From: Octopus bimaculoides | Taxonomy: Eukaryota | Length of the DNA: 64,000 nucleotides | Direction: 5' to 3' | Assembly (NCBI RefSeq): GCF_001194135.2 | Contig: NC_068981.1 | Location: 193,763,685-193,827,684 of the forward strand | In this document: one piece after another, positions 1 through 12,728 of the stretch | Position numbering within the stretch: position 1 is the first letter of the stretch | Layout: the number at the start of each line of letters is the position of its first letter | The notes under the pieces: generated by a model | Databases searched by the model: none | What the model was told of the DNA's origin: nothing | What the model saw: only the letters and a program-made list of their open reading frames with translations | Position numbers and translations under genes: made by a program

Positions 1-168
1 CCACCTAAAATCAAGGTCGGATACTTTTTGACTACACCTCGTATATATGTGTATGTATGTATTATATATATATATATATATATATATNNNNNNNNNNNNN
101 NNNNNNNNNNNNNNNNNNNNNNNNNNNNNNNNNNNNNNNNNNNNNNNNNNNNNNNNNNNNNNNNNNNN

Positions 169-410
169 CTTGAGAAGAAGACCCATCAAGCCAAGCAAAA
201 TTGCAGTCATGGCAGATACTGGTGTCATGCAAATGGCATGTAAAAACACCTATTACACTCTCAGAGTGGTTGGCATTAGGACGGGCATCCATGCCAAATT
301 AGACTGGAGTCTGGTGCAGCCTTCCAGCTTGCAAGCTCTGGTCAAACCATCCAACCCTTGCCAGGATGGACAACAGACATTAAATGATGATGATGATGAT
401 GATGATGATG
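169..410 (+). mobile_element. RTE LINE 3' end (5'-truncated) with (GAT)n tail
   Basis: Shares the ACTCTCAGAGTGGTTGGCATTAGGA...CCATCCAACCC...GGACAACAGACATTAAATGATGATGAT end with RTE copies that are attached to RT-coding sequence at 38.7-39.6 kb and 44.6-45.8 kb. Confidence 0.8.
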
Positions 411-559
411 TGTGTATGTGTGTTTGTGTGAGTGTATGTGTGTGTATGTGCATATGTGTACATATTATATTAGAGGAAAAAGGACAACAAAAGACAAGGC
501 AGGTCAGGTATCTCAGGTCATTAAGACTATTTAATTAGGGTAAGGTGAATTTGAAGTCT

Positions 560-1260
560 TACAGTTGTGGTCTTAAAGACCACAAACCAGATTTCATAAC
601 CAAACCCTCTATGAGGCTCGTCTGCCTTACCAAATCGGACTTAGCATGAATCAGTAAGAACATAATAGACAATATAATACCTATAGTCAAAAAAAAATTA
701 ATCAAATTATGGTCCTGCACAGGTGAGGTTATAACCTGATTATAACCTGGTTTCACCTCCTTGAAAACAAAAAAAAACACCTCCTCATTCCTACAATTTG
801 ATATCAGCAACTACTACTTTTCTATATCCTGTATCCTCCTTAATAAAGCTCTCATTCTAGCTAAAAACATAACTAACCTGCCCCCTTTCAAATAGACGTA
901 ATTCTAACTGCCAGAAAGACACTCATCAACTTCAATAAGCTTTGGAGCCAAGCTACCCTCAAAAATAATAAACAGTAACTATTCATATATATAACCATGG
1001 GCTCCTCTGACTCTGCTCAATTCACGGATCTGGTCAGACAATACCTCCTCCAGCAACTCAGCATGTATTTCCCTAACATCAATGCATTGTTGATTACTAC
1101 TGGCCTAATGAAATCCGCATTAGAGAAGACTAGAAAAGATTTACATACCATATATACTCGAGTAATAGTCAATCTCTGGCAGAAGTCGACCCCCAATTTT
1201 TGGCCAAAAAATTGGGAATTTTCCATAGACCTTGTATAAAAGTCGATTCCATTATTTCAC
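560..1260 (+). mobile_element. Penelope-like element, degenerate reverse transcriptase
   Basis: Frameshifted + strand translation gives LKDHKPDFITKPSMRLVCLTKSDLA, FLQFDISNYY, LLNKAL and MGSSDSAQFTDLV...EKTRKDL, all PLE RT motifs. The YRDD region is deleted. Confidence 0.8.
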
Positions 1261-2021
1261 AACCAACAAGACAACATTTGTGGTTAAAGGTACCGTATTA
1301 TCCTGTACATAGAAATAACGCTGTTACAAAATTGTGTGGCTATATTCCTGTAGCCAGCTCTGAAAGTGGAACGCTTGGTGCTTATAATGGAATGCTCGGT
1401 GCTTATGGTAAAACACCATTTAATAGCGAGCACTACACATCTGTTGATGGGTGCACCATCACCATTACTAAAATGTATGCACTGGATATGCTGCAAGCCT
1501 GCATACACCTTCAAGCACAATAAACACATGTCATACACTCATGGTTTACATGACAAGAAATGTGTTTCACAGACAGCACAATTGGCAAACGTCACAGTCT
1601 GAATTCATACAGAGGCATGTCTTTGGTAAGCCTCAAAACATTCAATTAATCACTAGATTAGTGGTTCCCATGCAACCTTTATATTTTTCTCATCTCCAAA
1701 TACAATAAGCACATACGTCATACCTTTGTCTGTTTAAATGGTGAGAAATATGTTTCACAAACAGCACTATCAGTGAACAACAAGAACTACATGGCCTTAT
1801 TTATGGGTTTTGTTATTTACTAGGACGTGTATTTTCATGCATAGAATTGGTAATATTACTGTAATTCATTGTATTTTTGTTTCTATTCACTTAGAGATCA
1901 GTTCAGCCTCTGCTCCTGATATGGTACTCTCGACTGCCCTGCACTCACCCATATAACATTCGATTGAAACTCAAACTAATAAATAATAATGAATCCGGCA
2001 ACTTTTTTTTAACAAATAGTA

Positions 2022-2533
2022 CAGGGTGTTCAAAAAGTCTCTCTGCAGTCAATTTTTTGTCATCGAGACATATTGCTCAAATATTGTCTCTTTCCATTTG
2101 TAGGTCAACTCACTGAAAGTGAAATTAATAATGCATACTTTGCGCATCACCAGGAGTTTTTCAGTGAACAGATTATTTCAAAGGGACTTTGGCAACCAAG
2201 ATCACCTGATTTAACACTGCCAGACTTTTTTTTCTGGGGAGCAAGTAAAGGATCAGTGTACAAAAATCGCCCAAAATCCATTAATGAGCTAAAATACACA
2301 ATCATAACCTTTACAGAGTCCATACCACGTCAGACTCTCCAAGATATATTTCAAAACATGTGTAGAAGAGTCAACTTATGTACTGAAAATTAAGGACGAC
2401 ACTTTTAACACCTCTTATAAAGTTTTTTAAAGTTTTGTAAAGACTAATATATTCTTTTGTAGTCTTATACCATCTTATAAATATTTATTTTGCAATAAAA
2501 TATTTACTGCAGAGAGACTTTTGGAACACCCTG
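2022..2533 (+). mobile_element. Internally deleted Tc1/mariner element keeping the transposase C-terminus
   Basis: TIRs CAGGGTGTTCAAAAAGTCTCTCTGCAGT / ACTGCAGAGAGACTTTTGGAACACCCTG, with TA on both sides. ORF 2073-2393 contains WQPRSPDLTLPDFFFWG. Confidence 0.92.
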
Positions 2534-2569
2534 TATAGATTATACTTCAACTATATTGCCTAATAAAAT

Positions 2570-2960
2570 TGAGGGAAGATCGATTCTCTTGTTTACACCC
2601 TACATTCTCTTTAAATGTTAAGGGCTTGGCCAAAATCTTTTTCCATAATAGTAGGCTCTAACTTTCTACGTCACCATAAACACTATACAATCTTCAACAG
2701 ATCTACTCTTATCCTAGTCTTCCCCATCCAATATAGAATCTATTGTTACCTCATTCAATAAGAGTAAAAATTTGTTCTTACTAACTAAATATATATAATC
2801 ATAATATAGGTCAATGCAGTGACAACACTAACACCAACCATGATTGTATATATACCACACCCGTAACCCAAGCACTATAACCAGTATAAACCAGGAAACG
2901 AATATCCACAATTCTGACGAAGGCTAGAGTACGGCTAAAACGACTGTTAATACTAATAGC
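2570..2960 (+). mobile_element. Continuation of the Penelope-like element (linker region and terminal repeat with a decayed HHR)
   Basis: FSLNVKGLAKIFF, HKHYTIFNRSTLIL and PNIESIVTSFNK match the PLE post-RT linker. CTGACGA-A-GGCT...GGCT-AAAAC at 2914-2941 is a decayed hammerhead core. Confidence 0.65.
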
Positions 2961-3034
2961 ACTACTACTACGTGTGCTAATAATACTAATGCAACCACTA
3001 CTACTAATACTACTATTACTAACAATAATAATAA

Positions 3035-3780
3035 TAATAATAATAGTAATAATAATAATAATGATTTCATTTATTTGCCACAAGGTCGAAGGATGAAGGG
3101 GACAATGCAAAGACAGACATAAAGTGTTGGGGTTTACATGTAATGAAATGATAAGAAAAAGAAGGAAAGAAAGTAATTATATACAGTTTACACTGAACAA
3201 AAGGGACATATGCATAGCATATAATGGTTAAAAGAAAATAAAAGGTGGAAGGGAAGATGATAGAGATGTAGCCCTCCTGATAAAGGAAGGCCTCTGGGGA
3301 TAATTAAGGAACCCCACTGTCCGAGATTTCCCTGAAACCCCAGAAGTCAGTACCCTCTCCAATTCCTTCTCTCCGACTCACAGGTCTACACTTAGAGTGG
3401 TACCATCCACTCTTGCCATTTTTGCAACTTTCAACCACCTTTCAATAAACTCACTCGAGGACAGCACTTCCCACTCCACTCTCAATTTCCTTTCCAAGTG
3501 AAACTTGAAGAGGTCAATAGGAGCTCTACCAAAGAGGAATGTATCTGTCCTTGTGCTTTGTCCACCAAACAACCACTTTCGCCCCAGCCACCAGGCAAAG
3601 GTAAACTACCTTGCTTGCCCAATTGAAGGAGGGCAGCTGTGCAATTATCACTACAGACTTGGTCGACAGATGGATCCATCCCACATGTTACAGCAGCTGC
3701 TCGATATAATTCCACAAGTCAGCAAAGCCCAGACACTGAAGGAGGGTGTGCAGAACGGTTTTGTCACTCTACCTCAGACA
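3035..3780 (-). mobile_element. Tx1/L1-like LINE 3' end
   Basis: Minus-strand ORF 3378-3572 (FKFHLERKLRVEWEVLSSSEFIERWLKVAKM) is followed by a 3' UTR, AATAAA and a (TTA)n tail. Confidence 0.55.
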
Positions 3781-4172
3781 AGCCTGGTGCAGCCTTCTGG
3801 CTTTCCAGTCCTCAGTCAAACCGTCTAACCCATACCAGCATGGAAAACAGACATTAACCAATGACGATGATGATGATGACGATGATGATGATGATGAAAA
3901 ATAGCCTACCTGTTGGCATTATTCCTCCCAACATTTGATTCAGCCAATCGGTTGTTGGAACCACTGAAAAGATAATAATTACGTAAATTAGATTACTGAG
4001 ATAGGTATAAGTGCAGGTGTAACAGGGTGGTTAAGAAGTTTGCTTCCCCAACCATGGGTTCTTGGGTTCAATTCTATCGTGTTGAATCTTGGGAAAGTGA
4101 CATCTACTAAAGCCCCAGGCCAACCAAATCCTTTTGAGTGGAATTGGTAAACAGAAACTGAAAGATATCTAT

Positions 4173-4244
<72 letters not shown>

Positions 4245-5414
4245 ACATCAAATAGAAGACATCACCAAGTGAAAAATACATAAACACACGAGAGATGAGT
4301 ACAGGATGTCACCAATGAGTAAAAAATATGTAAACACATAATGAGAGATAAGTACGGGACAAAATACCAAGAGAAGTCTAACTCAGATGTGATGTACAGA
4401 GTAAACAATTGATGAAGACAAATATTAAGGGTTGTTACACCATGCATTGTAAAGGGTAACACCTAGGAGAAATTTTGAAAGGATATAGAATAAATAGAAG
4501 AGAAGAAAATAGAAGAGAAAGAGAATATATATATATATATATATATANNNNNNNNNNNNNNNNNNNNNNNNNNNNNNNNNNNNNNNNNNNNNNNNNNNNN
4601 NNNNNNNNNNNNNNNNNNNNNNNNNNNNNNNNNNNNNNNNNNNNNNNNNNNNNNNNNNNNNNNNNNNNNNNNNNNNNNNNNNNNNNNNNNNNNNNNNNNN
4701 NNNNNNNNNNNNNNNNNNNNNNNNNNNNNNNNNNNNNNNNNNNNNNNNNNNNNNNNNNNNNNNNNNNNNNNNNNNNNNNNNNNNNNNNNNNNNNNNNNNN
4801 NNNNNNNNNNNNNNNNNNNNNNNNNNNNNNNNNNNNNNNNNNNNNNNNNNNNNNNNNNNNNNNNNNNNNNNNNNNNNNNNNNNNNNNNNNNNNNNNNNNN
4901 NNNNNNNNNNNNNNNNNNNNNNNNNNNNNNNNNNNNNNNNNNNNNNNNNNNNNNNNNNNNNNNNNNNNNNNNNNNNNNNNNNNNNNNNNNNNNNNNNNNN
5001 NNNNNNNNNNNNNNNNNNNNNNNNNNNNNNNNNNNNNNNNNNNNNNNNNNNNNNNNNNNNNNNNNNNNNNNNNNNNNNNNNNNNNNNNNNNNNNNNNNNN
5101 NNNNNNNNNNNNNNNNNNNNNNNNNNNNNNNNNNNNNNNNNNNNNNNNNNNNNNNNNNNNNNNNNNNNNNNNNNNNNNNNNNNNNNNNNNNNNNNNNNNN
5201 NNNNNNNNNNNNNNNNNNNNNNNNNNNNNNNNNNNNNNNNNNNNNNNNNNNNNNNNNNNNNNNNNNNNNNNNNNNNNNNNNNNNNNNNNNNNNNNNNNNN
5301 NNNNNNNNNNNNNNNNNNNNNNNNNNNNNNNNNNNNNNNNNNNNNNNNNNNNNNNNNNNNNNNNNNNNNNNNNNNATATATAAATATATACATATATGAG
5401 ATTAAGTGTACATA

Positions 5415-6650
5415 TGCCACTATATGTATATGAAAAAAGAATACAAAAAATAGGACAAGAATGCAACAGGTGACAAGACATCCAGACAGTTAGATGATAC
5501 AAAAAGGGACAAGAAAAAACAAGGATGGGTCATTTGGATTTTTCTTTCGTCAGTTGAGTTCCAGATTATCTTTGCAGTTTCGGCTGGTTATACTGAAGAC
5601 TGCTCCAATCTTGACAATCAAGGATGGAAAAAAACAAAGAATGGGTCTGCCATAAGGCACACACCAGCTTAATTTAATTCGTCCTTAGTCGAAAGGCACC
5701 TGTTGTTAATGTCCTGTTATTTGCATTTGTATTCCATTTCCCTGTTTTCTTTTTTCCCGTCCTTGTTTTTGTATTCATTTGCCGCTTTCCTGTGTCCTTA
5801 TGTTTACAAGGGAGAGACAAGCACCTCCACCCGGCTAAGCCTGCATCCAGAGACATGTTTCTGAGTCTTTGCTCGTCATCAGTCTGGAGTTGCATGACCT
5901 GCTAGTCGAAGATGCCTGTCAATCTCTTGTAAACATATATATAATAATTCTAGTGAAACACATTCACTGATTTCAAATTTAGAAATAATACATTTCTAAA
6001 TCTCTCAGAGAGATTTATGCAGTAGTGATACGATGAAGTAGTTGTATGCTGTCAAATGTGACAGTCCCCTGAAGGGAATAATACTACTGTTGGTTAGACC
6101 TAGGAAGCTGCACCGCTTCCTGTTGGCCTTGACACATTTCCTGAGTCCTTATAACGAGCAAGGACTCAGAAACATGTCTCTGGATGCAGGCTTAGCTGGG
6201 TGGAGGTGCTTGTCTCCCCCTTGTAAACATAAGGACACAGAAAATGTGTCTAGGCTGACAGGAAGCGGTGCAGCTTCCTAGGTCTAACCAACAGTAGTTT
6301 TATTCCCTTCAGGGGACTGTCACATTAAGTTGACAGCATACAACTACTTCATCGTATCACTACTGCATAAATCTCTCTGAGAGATTTAGAAATGTATTAT
6401 TTCTAAATTCACTGCTTTCTTCCAAGGAATCTAGTGCTCTTACCTTGAGGCTGGCCAGATTGGAGCAGTCTCGAGTATAACCAGCCGAAACTGCAAAGAT
6501 AATCTGGAACTTGTCTGACGAGAGAAAACTCTGAATGACCCGTCCTTGTTTTTTCTTGTCCCTTTTTGTATCATCTAACTCTCTGAATGTCTTGTCACTT
6601 GTTGCATTCTTGTCCCATTTTTTTGTATCCTTTATATATATATATATATA
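5415..6650. repeat. Nested inverted-repeat cluster
   Basis: About 5975-6150 is inverted against 6235-6410. About 5790-5880 is inverted against 6155-6240. About 5450-5620 is inverted against 6445-6630. Confidence 0.85.
5847..5887 (-). ncRNA. Candidate minimal type I hammerhead ribozyme
   Basis: Minus strand reads CCAGA-CUGAUGA-CGAG-CAAAGA-CUCA-GAAAC-AU-GUC^UCUGG. Stem I is 5 bp, stem III is palindromic (ACAUGU) and the triplet is GUC. There is a C.A mismatch at the base of stem II. Confidence 0.55.
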
Positions 6651-7269
6651 TATGTGGAGAGGAGAAGTGTATTCCCATGCAGGAAAGAATTTAGGAAAAT
6701 TTATTTTGGGGTTTGAAATGCACCTGAAGCTTAAAAATGCACACGTGTGTGTGTGTGTGTGTGTGTGCGTACATACATGTATATACATTTATATTCATTT
6801 ATGGGTCTTTATGTGTCTGTAACTTAGTGGTTCAGCTAAAATGGCTGATAGAATTAATACCAGGTTTTAAAAAAGAGAAAAAAATAAGCATTGGGGCTGA
6901 GACATTCGACTAAAACATTCTTCAAAGCAGTGGTACCCCAGCATGGCCACAGTCTAATAACTGAAACCAGGATAAGATAAAAGACAAAAGACAGTCAACA
7001 ATTCTAGGGAATCTGTTGGTTTCTTTGGGCCCCAGCATATACTTTAATGACCCCAGTGGGATGAAAGGTAAAGGGGGCCTCAGCAAGATTTGAACTCAAA
7101 AAGTAAAGAGCTGGAAGAAATGCACCACCACCCCCTTCTCACCACCAGCAGATTATCCAGGGTCATAATGGTTCTGCCAGCTCATCCACTTTGACCAGGT
7201 TCCCTGTCGGTTATAACAACGAGTGTTCCAAGTGACACGATCTACCAGTCTTCTCTATTTTTTTTTTAC

Positions 7270-7635
7270 TCTTTTACATGTTGCAGTCATTTGACTGCAG
7301 CCATGCTGGAGCACCGCCTTTGATTGAACAAATCAACCCCAAGAAGCAACCTTATTCCCTGCAAGCCTAGTACTTTTCTATCAGTCTCTTTTGCCGAACT
7401 GCCAAGTTACGGGGATGTAAACATACCAACATCAGTTGTCAAGCGATAGTGGGAGGACAAACACACACAGAAACATATACATATATATGACGGACTTCTT
7501 TCAGTTTCCATCTATCAAATCCACTCACAAGGCTTTGGAGGCTATAGTAGAAGACACTTGCCCAAGGTGCCCAACGCAGTGGGACTGAACTTGGAACCAT
7601 GTGGTTGGAAAACAAGCTTCTTACCACACAGCCAT
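7270..7635 (-). mobile_element. tRNA-headed SINE family A (CORE-like centre)
   Basis: Reverse complement of the 12729-13104 copy: A/B-box head, GCACCTTGGGCAAGTGTCTT core and AAAAGA tail. Confidence 0.8.
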
Positions 7636-7844
7636 GCCTGTTCATGAAATTAATGTACAAGTGGCTGAGAAATCTACAGACATGCATACTCTTGACATAG
7701 TTCCCAAGGAGGTCGGCCCTTTGAATTACAGGTGCTAATTTTTGTCAGCTGAATGGAGAAATACGATTTTACCAAAGCAACACACTTAGCATCCTCCTCT
7801 ATGGATCTAAATGTTGGAAAACAACCAAAAGAAATTAGAAGTCG

Positions 7845-8495
7845 TCATTATCATCATCAGCATCGTTTAATGTCCGTTTTCCATGTTGGCATGGGTTTGG
7901 TGGTTTGACTGAGGTCTGGAGAACCGGTGTCTGCACCAGGCTCCAATCTGATCTGGTAATGTTTCTACAGCTGGATGCCATTCCTATAATGACAACCACT
8001 CTGAGAGTGTAGTTGGTGTTTTTTATGTGCTACCAGCACAGGAGCCAGTCAGGTGGAACTGGCATCGACCATGCTTGAATGATGCTTTTCATGTGACACC
8101 GGCACAGGAGCCAGTCAGGCGGCACTGGCATCGACTACGCTTGAATGGTGCTTTCTACGTGCCACCTGCACAGGAGCCAGTCAGGCGGCACTGGCATCGG
8201 CCACGTTCAGGTGGTGCTTTTTATGTACCACCGGCACAGGGAGCCAGTCAGGCAGAACTGGTAACAACCCATGCACAAATGGTGCTTATTGCATGTCACC
8301 AGCATGAGAGCAAGTCAGGCATCACTGGCATCAGCCACGTTCAGAAGGTGCTTTTTACATGCTACCAGCCTGGGGAGCCAGTCAGGCGAACTGGCAATGA
8401 TCCACGCATGAGTTGTGCTTATTGCATGCCACCAGCATGGGAGCCAGTCAGGCGGCACAGACATCAACCACGTGCAGATGGTGCTATGAATATCA
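7845..8495 (-). mobile_element. RTE 3' UTR with seven 66-67 bp tandem units
   Basis: GGAGCCAGTC-type unit starts at about 8041, 8107, 8173, 8240, 8308, 8374 and 8440, next to an (ATC)n tail at 7845-7865. Confidence 0.85.
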
Positions 8496-8859
8496 AAATG
8501 ATTGATTACACATTTTAATAGTTCAATGCCTTGATGATCTCAGATCAAATCTAACCAATGCTTTTCACTATTCCTGGGGTTAATATTTCTTTTGAATCAG
8601 TATTTATCTATATGAAACAATGGCACATTTATGTAATCACTTGGTCTGCTAGAAACAACAGCAAAATCACTCCCAAATCCCACCCCTAATAGCTTAAATA
8701 AAGGAACATGTCTTTGACATGCTTTGATGTATAAAAAGATGAGATGCATAAAAGATGAGATAGTCATGGTTGGAATCCCTTTGATCAGAGGTTTGTTCAA
8801 TCTTGACTAATTTACTTTATTCACAATACATCAGCAAAATTACTATGACTGATTAAGTG

Positions 8860-9480
8860 GTGGTAGTGGTGGTGGTGATCATGTTAGTGGTTGTGGTGCT
8901 CATAGTGATGTAGTGGTGGTGTTGGTAATGGCAGTGGTTGTAGTGGTGGTAATAGTGATAGTGGTGGTGATTGTGGCGGTGGTGGTGGTGGTGATTGTGG
9001 CGGTGGTGGTGGTGGTGGTGGTGGTAATGGCAGTGGTTGTAGTAGTGGTANNNNNNNNNNNNNNNNNNNNNNNNNNNNNNNNNNNNNNNNNNNNNNNNNN
9101 NNNNNNNNNNNNNNNNNNNNNNNNNNNNNNNNNNNNNNNNNNNNNNNNNNNNNNNNNNNNNNNNNNNNNNNNNNNNNNNNNNNNNNNNNTGTGGCGATGG
9201 TGGTGGTGGTGGTGGCAGCGGCGGCGGCGGCGGTGGTGGTGGTGGTGGTAACAGTAGTGATAGTATGGCGATAGTAACAGTGGTGTAGTGGTAATGGTGG
9301 TGGTGGTGGTGGTGGTGGTAGAGGTAGTGATGGTGGTGGTGGTGGTGGTGGTAGAGGTAGTGATGGAGGTGGTAGTGGTGGTAGAATTGGTGATAGTGTT
9401 ATAGTGGTAGTATTGGTGGTGGTCGTGGTGTGATGATGGTGGTGGTGGTGATAGCATCAGCAGCAGTGGTAAAGGTGGTA
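8860..9480. repeat. (GGT/GTA/GAT)n trinucleotide microsatellite spanning a gap
   Basis: Directly visible. It produces the poly-Thr, poly-Val and poly-His pseudo-ORFs. Confidence 0.95.
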
Positions 9481-9941
9481 GTGCTGGGGATGGGGGTGCG
9501 ACAATGGTAGGTGGGGTGTGCTAACCAAGCTGTAAATCTATCTTCCAATATTACATGGAATGTGGTTCTGTGTTATTTCAACCGTGTTATAAAGATGTCT
9601 ATATTTGACATGGAGATGCTTCAGCTCTTTATTAACAAACTGTTCTTAGAAGTACAGCTGACAATATGACCTGGGGTGAGTCAATGACAACGTAAGTGCT
9701 CACGGTGGTGGCCACACACAACAGTTGTATAGATTTACATGGAAATAAGCTATCAATGAAAAGAGGTAAGAAAACACCACAGGTAGTATAATAATAATCG
9801 ATGCCAGGTCCGCCTGAGAATGTAAAGAATGGATCAGGTAACACACAGACTACAATTGTTTCATAACTAAAATAATGCTAGTTACATAATTTGTAACATA
9901 CAGAAAACCTGCTTAGCTAATTTTCAGGTCCTATTATTTTT

Positions 9942-10169
9942 TTATCTTTTAGCACTTAAAACCAGTTATATCCAGCCAAAATATTCTATCTGTTTTATGT
10001 TCAAACCAGTCAGATCAGGTCACTTACACCTACCCTACAATGTCAGTCTAAAAATAAGCAATCACATTATATTAATCTTGAAGCTACAAGATAATCCATG
10101 ATTAATTCAAAACAACATGGATAAATAAACATTACATTTAACAGAATAATCTGAATGCTAAAGGGTTAA
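9942..10169. mobile_element. piggyBac-like MITE
   Basis: The right end is AATGCTAAAGGG-TTAA and the left end is decayed. It belongs to the same family as 33101-33589. Confidence 0.55.
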
Positions 10170-10320
10170 GTGGTTAACATTGTCACATAGGATTAATCAG
10201 ATAATCCAAAGCACAAATAGCAAGTCGGAAAAAAAAACAAAAACAAAATCAAATGATCAATGAAAGTAATAGTCAGTGGGTAAGTCACCCTGAAAGGAAA
10301 CAATGTGGGTGTGTTTATAT

Positions 10321-10933
10321 AGGGTGTTCAAAAAGTTTCTCTCTGCAGTGAATTTTTCCATCCTGCGCATGCACAATTTGGCTATCGCTGCATGGGTGGT
10401 CGAGTGTCAGCCAGTATCCCTCAGTCATTGTGTACCCTTCAGGGTGTTGACATGCCAACCATTGAAGAATGTACGTTTTTAGTTCAATGGGTTGTTTCGA
10501 GCTGGAAACAAATACACAAATACTGGGAAACAGAAGTTCAGTTAAACTTTTTCCAAATACTGTTGTTCCACATCATGACACTGTGTGAGATTTGATAAAA
10601 AAATTTAGAAACAGAGGCTCAGTGGAAGATGCAGCAAGAAGCGGTAGGCCTACTGTTCTTTCGGACGAAACACTCTCCAATATTTCTGATAAATTATTGG
10701 TAAGCCCATCAAAGTCCTTACGCAAATTGTCACAGGAAACAGAAATCAGCCTAGGGAGTGCTCACACGGCAGTAAAAAAGTTGAAAATAAGGACAACACT
10801 TTCAAAACCTTTTATAAAGTTTTTTAATGTCTTGTAAAGTCTAATATATTCCTTTGTAATTTTATACCATCTTATAAATATTTATTTTGCAATAAAATGC
10901 TAACTGCGGAGAGAGACTTTTTGAATACTCTGT
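10321..10933 (+). mobile_element. Second copy of the 2022-2533 Tc1/mariner family, keeping the transposase N-terminus
   Basis: Same TIR (AGGGTGTTCAAAAAGTTTCTCTCTGCAGT) and same 3' end. Encodes IKKFRNRGSVEDAARSGRP...SPSKSLRKLSQET (HTH region). Confidence 0.88.
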
Positions 10934-12396
10934 AGATGGGGAAGATGAAGGATGTTAGGTAGAGAGATAGGGAGGTGGGAAGGATTAAAGAGACTAGAGA
11001 TAAAAGAATATCAATGAATTGTAGGCACGTGGTATTTTGTTATGCAACCAAAATATTACTATAAGGTATATCAAATGTTTTTATGAGTCAACACCATGTC
11101 CTCCTGTGTTAGCAGTGCTTTGTACATTATTTTGTTGAGATTATTTCTACAGAAATCGTAGCCAGCACTGATGTTTTGCTACAACATTTCACATTGAGAC
11201 ATCAGATGTAAACTGCTATATAAGCAATGTGTTCGGAGACAAGGGTGGGTTAGATGGAGGGGAGGCTGATGAAGGGGTGAAAACCCCCAAAATATGGCAT
11301 ATACACTCATTATCCATTTTTCTCTCCGATCTCACTGTTTGCTTACATTTGATGTCTCGATACGAAAGATTGTAGCAAAAATGAGTGCTGGCTAAAATTT
11401 CTATAAAATATTTGTAGAAACAACCTTAACGAAATAAAAGATCAGGTAAGGCAATAACATTCTTTACATTTTGGCGTCAGACAAACGGTAGGAGACAAAA
11501 AAAACTGATAATATGTTAAGTCTTGATGATGGTGATGATGAATCTAGTTATGTATGTCCACCTACAGTTATGTCCTCCTTTTCATTCTGAAAATTAGTGA
11601 AATCTGATTGCAGCATAAACTCAACACAGATGGTAGGAAGCATAAAATATACCACCAATATTTAATGAAGACTTTACCAAAATCTTTTATCCCTTATCAG
11701 CTGTATGTTAACTTCATTGGAAATATTCTACAAATAAATCTTATCTTAACCCTTCCCATACCCCTTCCCATACCCCTGTCTGGAGTAGAATTTCTACTGC
11801 CATTACCATCATTAAGACTTCTGACTATTTCCAACACAAACAAATCATCTTCTTAACTTTTAACCCATTCATCCAACAAATTTCCCAGATCCTTGTCTTT
11901 CTCCTGATTTGCAAACTAACCAATTCAGATAATATCCCAGCTGTTACCCAAAATACAACATGAATTAGATCACCCGATAACTAAATCTGCACACAGAACC
12001 TTTTAAGCTGTTTTAAGATAAACGACTAAAATTTGATAGCTGCCACAGAAAGCTAACTGAAATTGTTGCCATATATCATTTGAAGGAAGCCATTATGGAT
12101 GAACAAGAACAATCAATAAACAGAGGTTTAGAATAAGAAGGACAAAATTTGTCATTATCTAAGCTAAGAAGTATCAAATTTGTTTGGCTTTGTGGACTAA
12201 AATAAAGCATAAGTTAGATTATGTAAGTTGCTAGAGGCAATTAGACCAGTAAAACTTTATTCATAATACGGGGCAAAGTAAATGGATAAAGGAATCAAAG
12301 GACATTGTAGCAAATTTATTAGTAATAAAGAAAACCATGAATGGGAGGCTAGTAAAGTTTATGTGCAGAGAATGTGTGAGAAAATAACAGATACAT

Positions 12397-12436
<40 letters not shown>

Positions 12437-12529
12437 GTCTGTCTTGGCTTGGTTTGGTTTCTACAGCTGGATGCCCTTCCTAATACCAACCACTTTACAG
12501 AATGTGCTGGGTGCTTTTTACGTGGCACT

Positions 12530-12610
12530 GGCACAGTTATGTGACACCGGCACAATTATGTAGCATGGGCACAATTATGTGGTACGGGCACAATTATGTG
12601 ACACCGGCAC
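12530..12610. repeat. 19-bp minisatellite, about 4.3 units
   Basis: GGCACARTTATGT plus 6 variable nt, starting at 12530, 12549, 12568 and 12587. Confidence 0.9.
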
Positions 12611-12728
12611 GAGTACGTTTCATGCGAAAACACACACACACACACACATATANNNNNNNNNNNNNNNNNNNNNNNNNNNNNNNNNNNNNNNNNNNNNNNN
12701 NNNNNNNNNNNTCCGATCTTATATATAT

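Noticed and set aside
1270-2000. Unassigned segment inside the Penelope relic (ORFs 1200-1523 and 1284-1538)
   Set aside because: No motif I can recognise beyond about 1260; left unannotated.
4425-5502. ORFs over 300 aa here and at 17.3-18.4, 24.9-26.0 and 50.9-51.6 kb
   Set aside because: They consist of N runs and (TA)n translated as X/YI.
6505-6545. CTGACGA-GAG-AAAA-CTC-TGAATGAC as a hammerhead
   Set aside because: GAAA is replaced by TGAAT, and stems I and III are not convincing.
8027-8518. 163-aa repetitive ORF (PAQEPVRRHWH)
   Set aside because: It is a by-product of the 66-bp tandem unit in an RTE 3' UTR read antisense.
8900-9457. Thr/His/Val-rich mucin-like ORFs
   Set aside because: Trinucleotide microsatellite spanning a gap.
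9632-9844. 70-aa minus-strand ORF and several nearby GT donors
   Set aside because: No recognisable domain and no consistent acceptor/donor pair.
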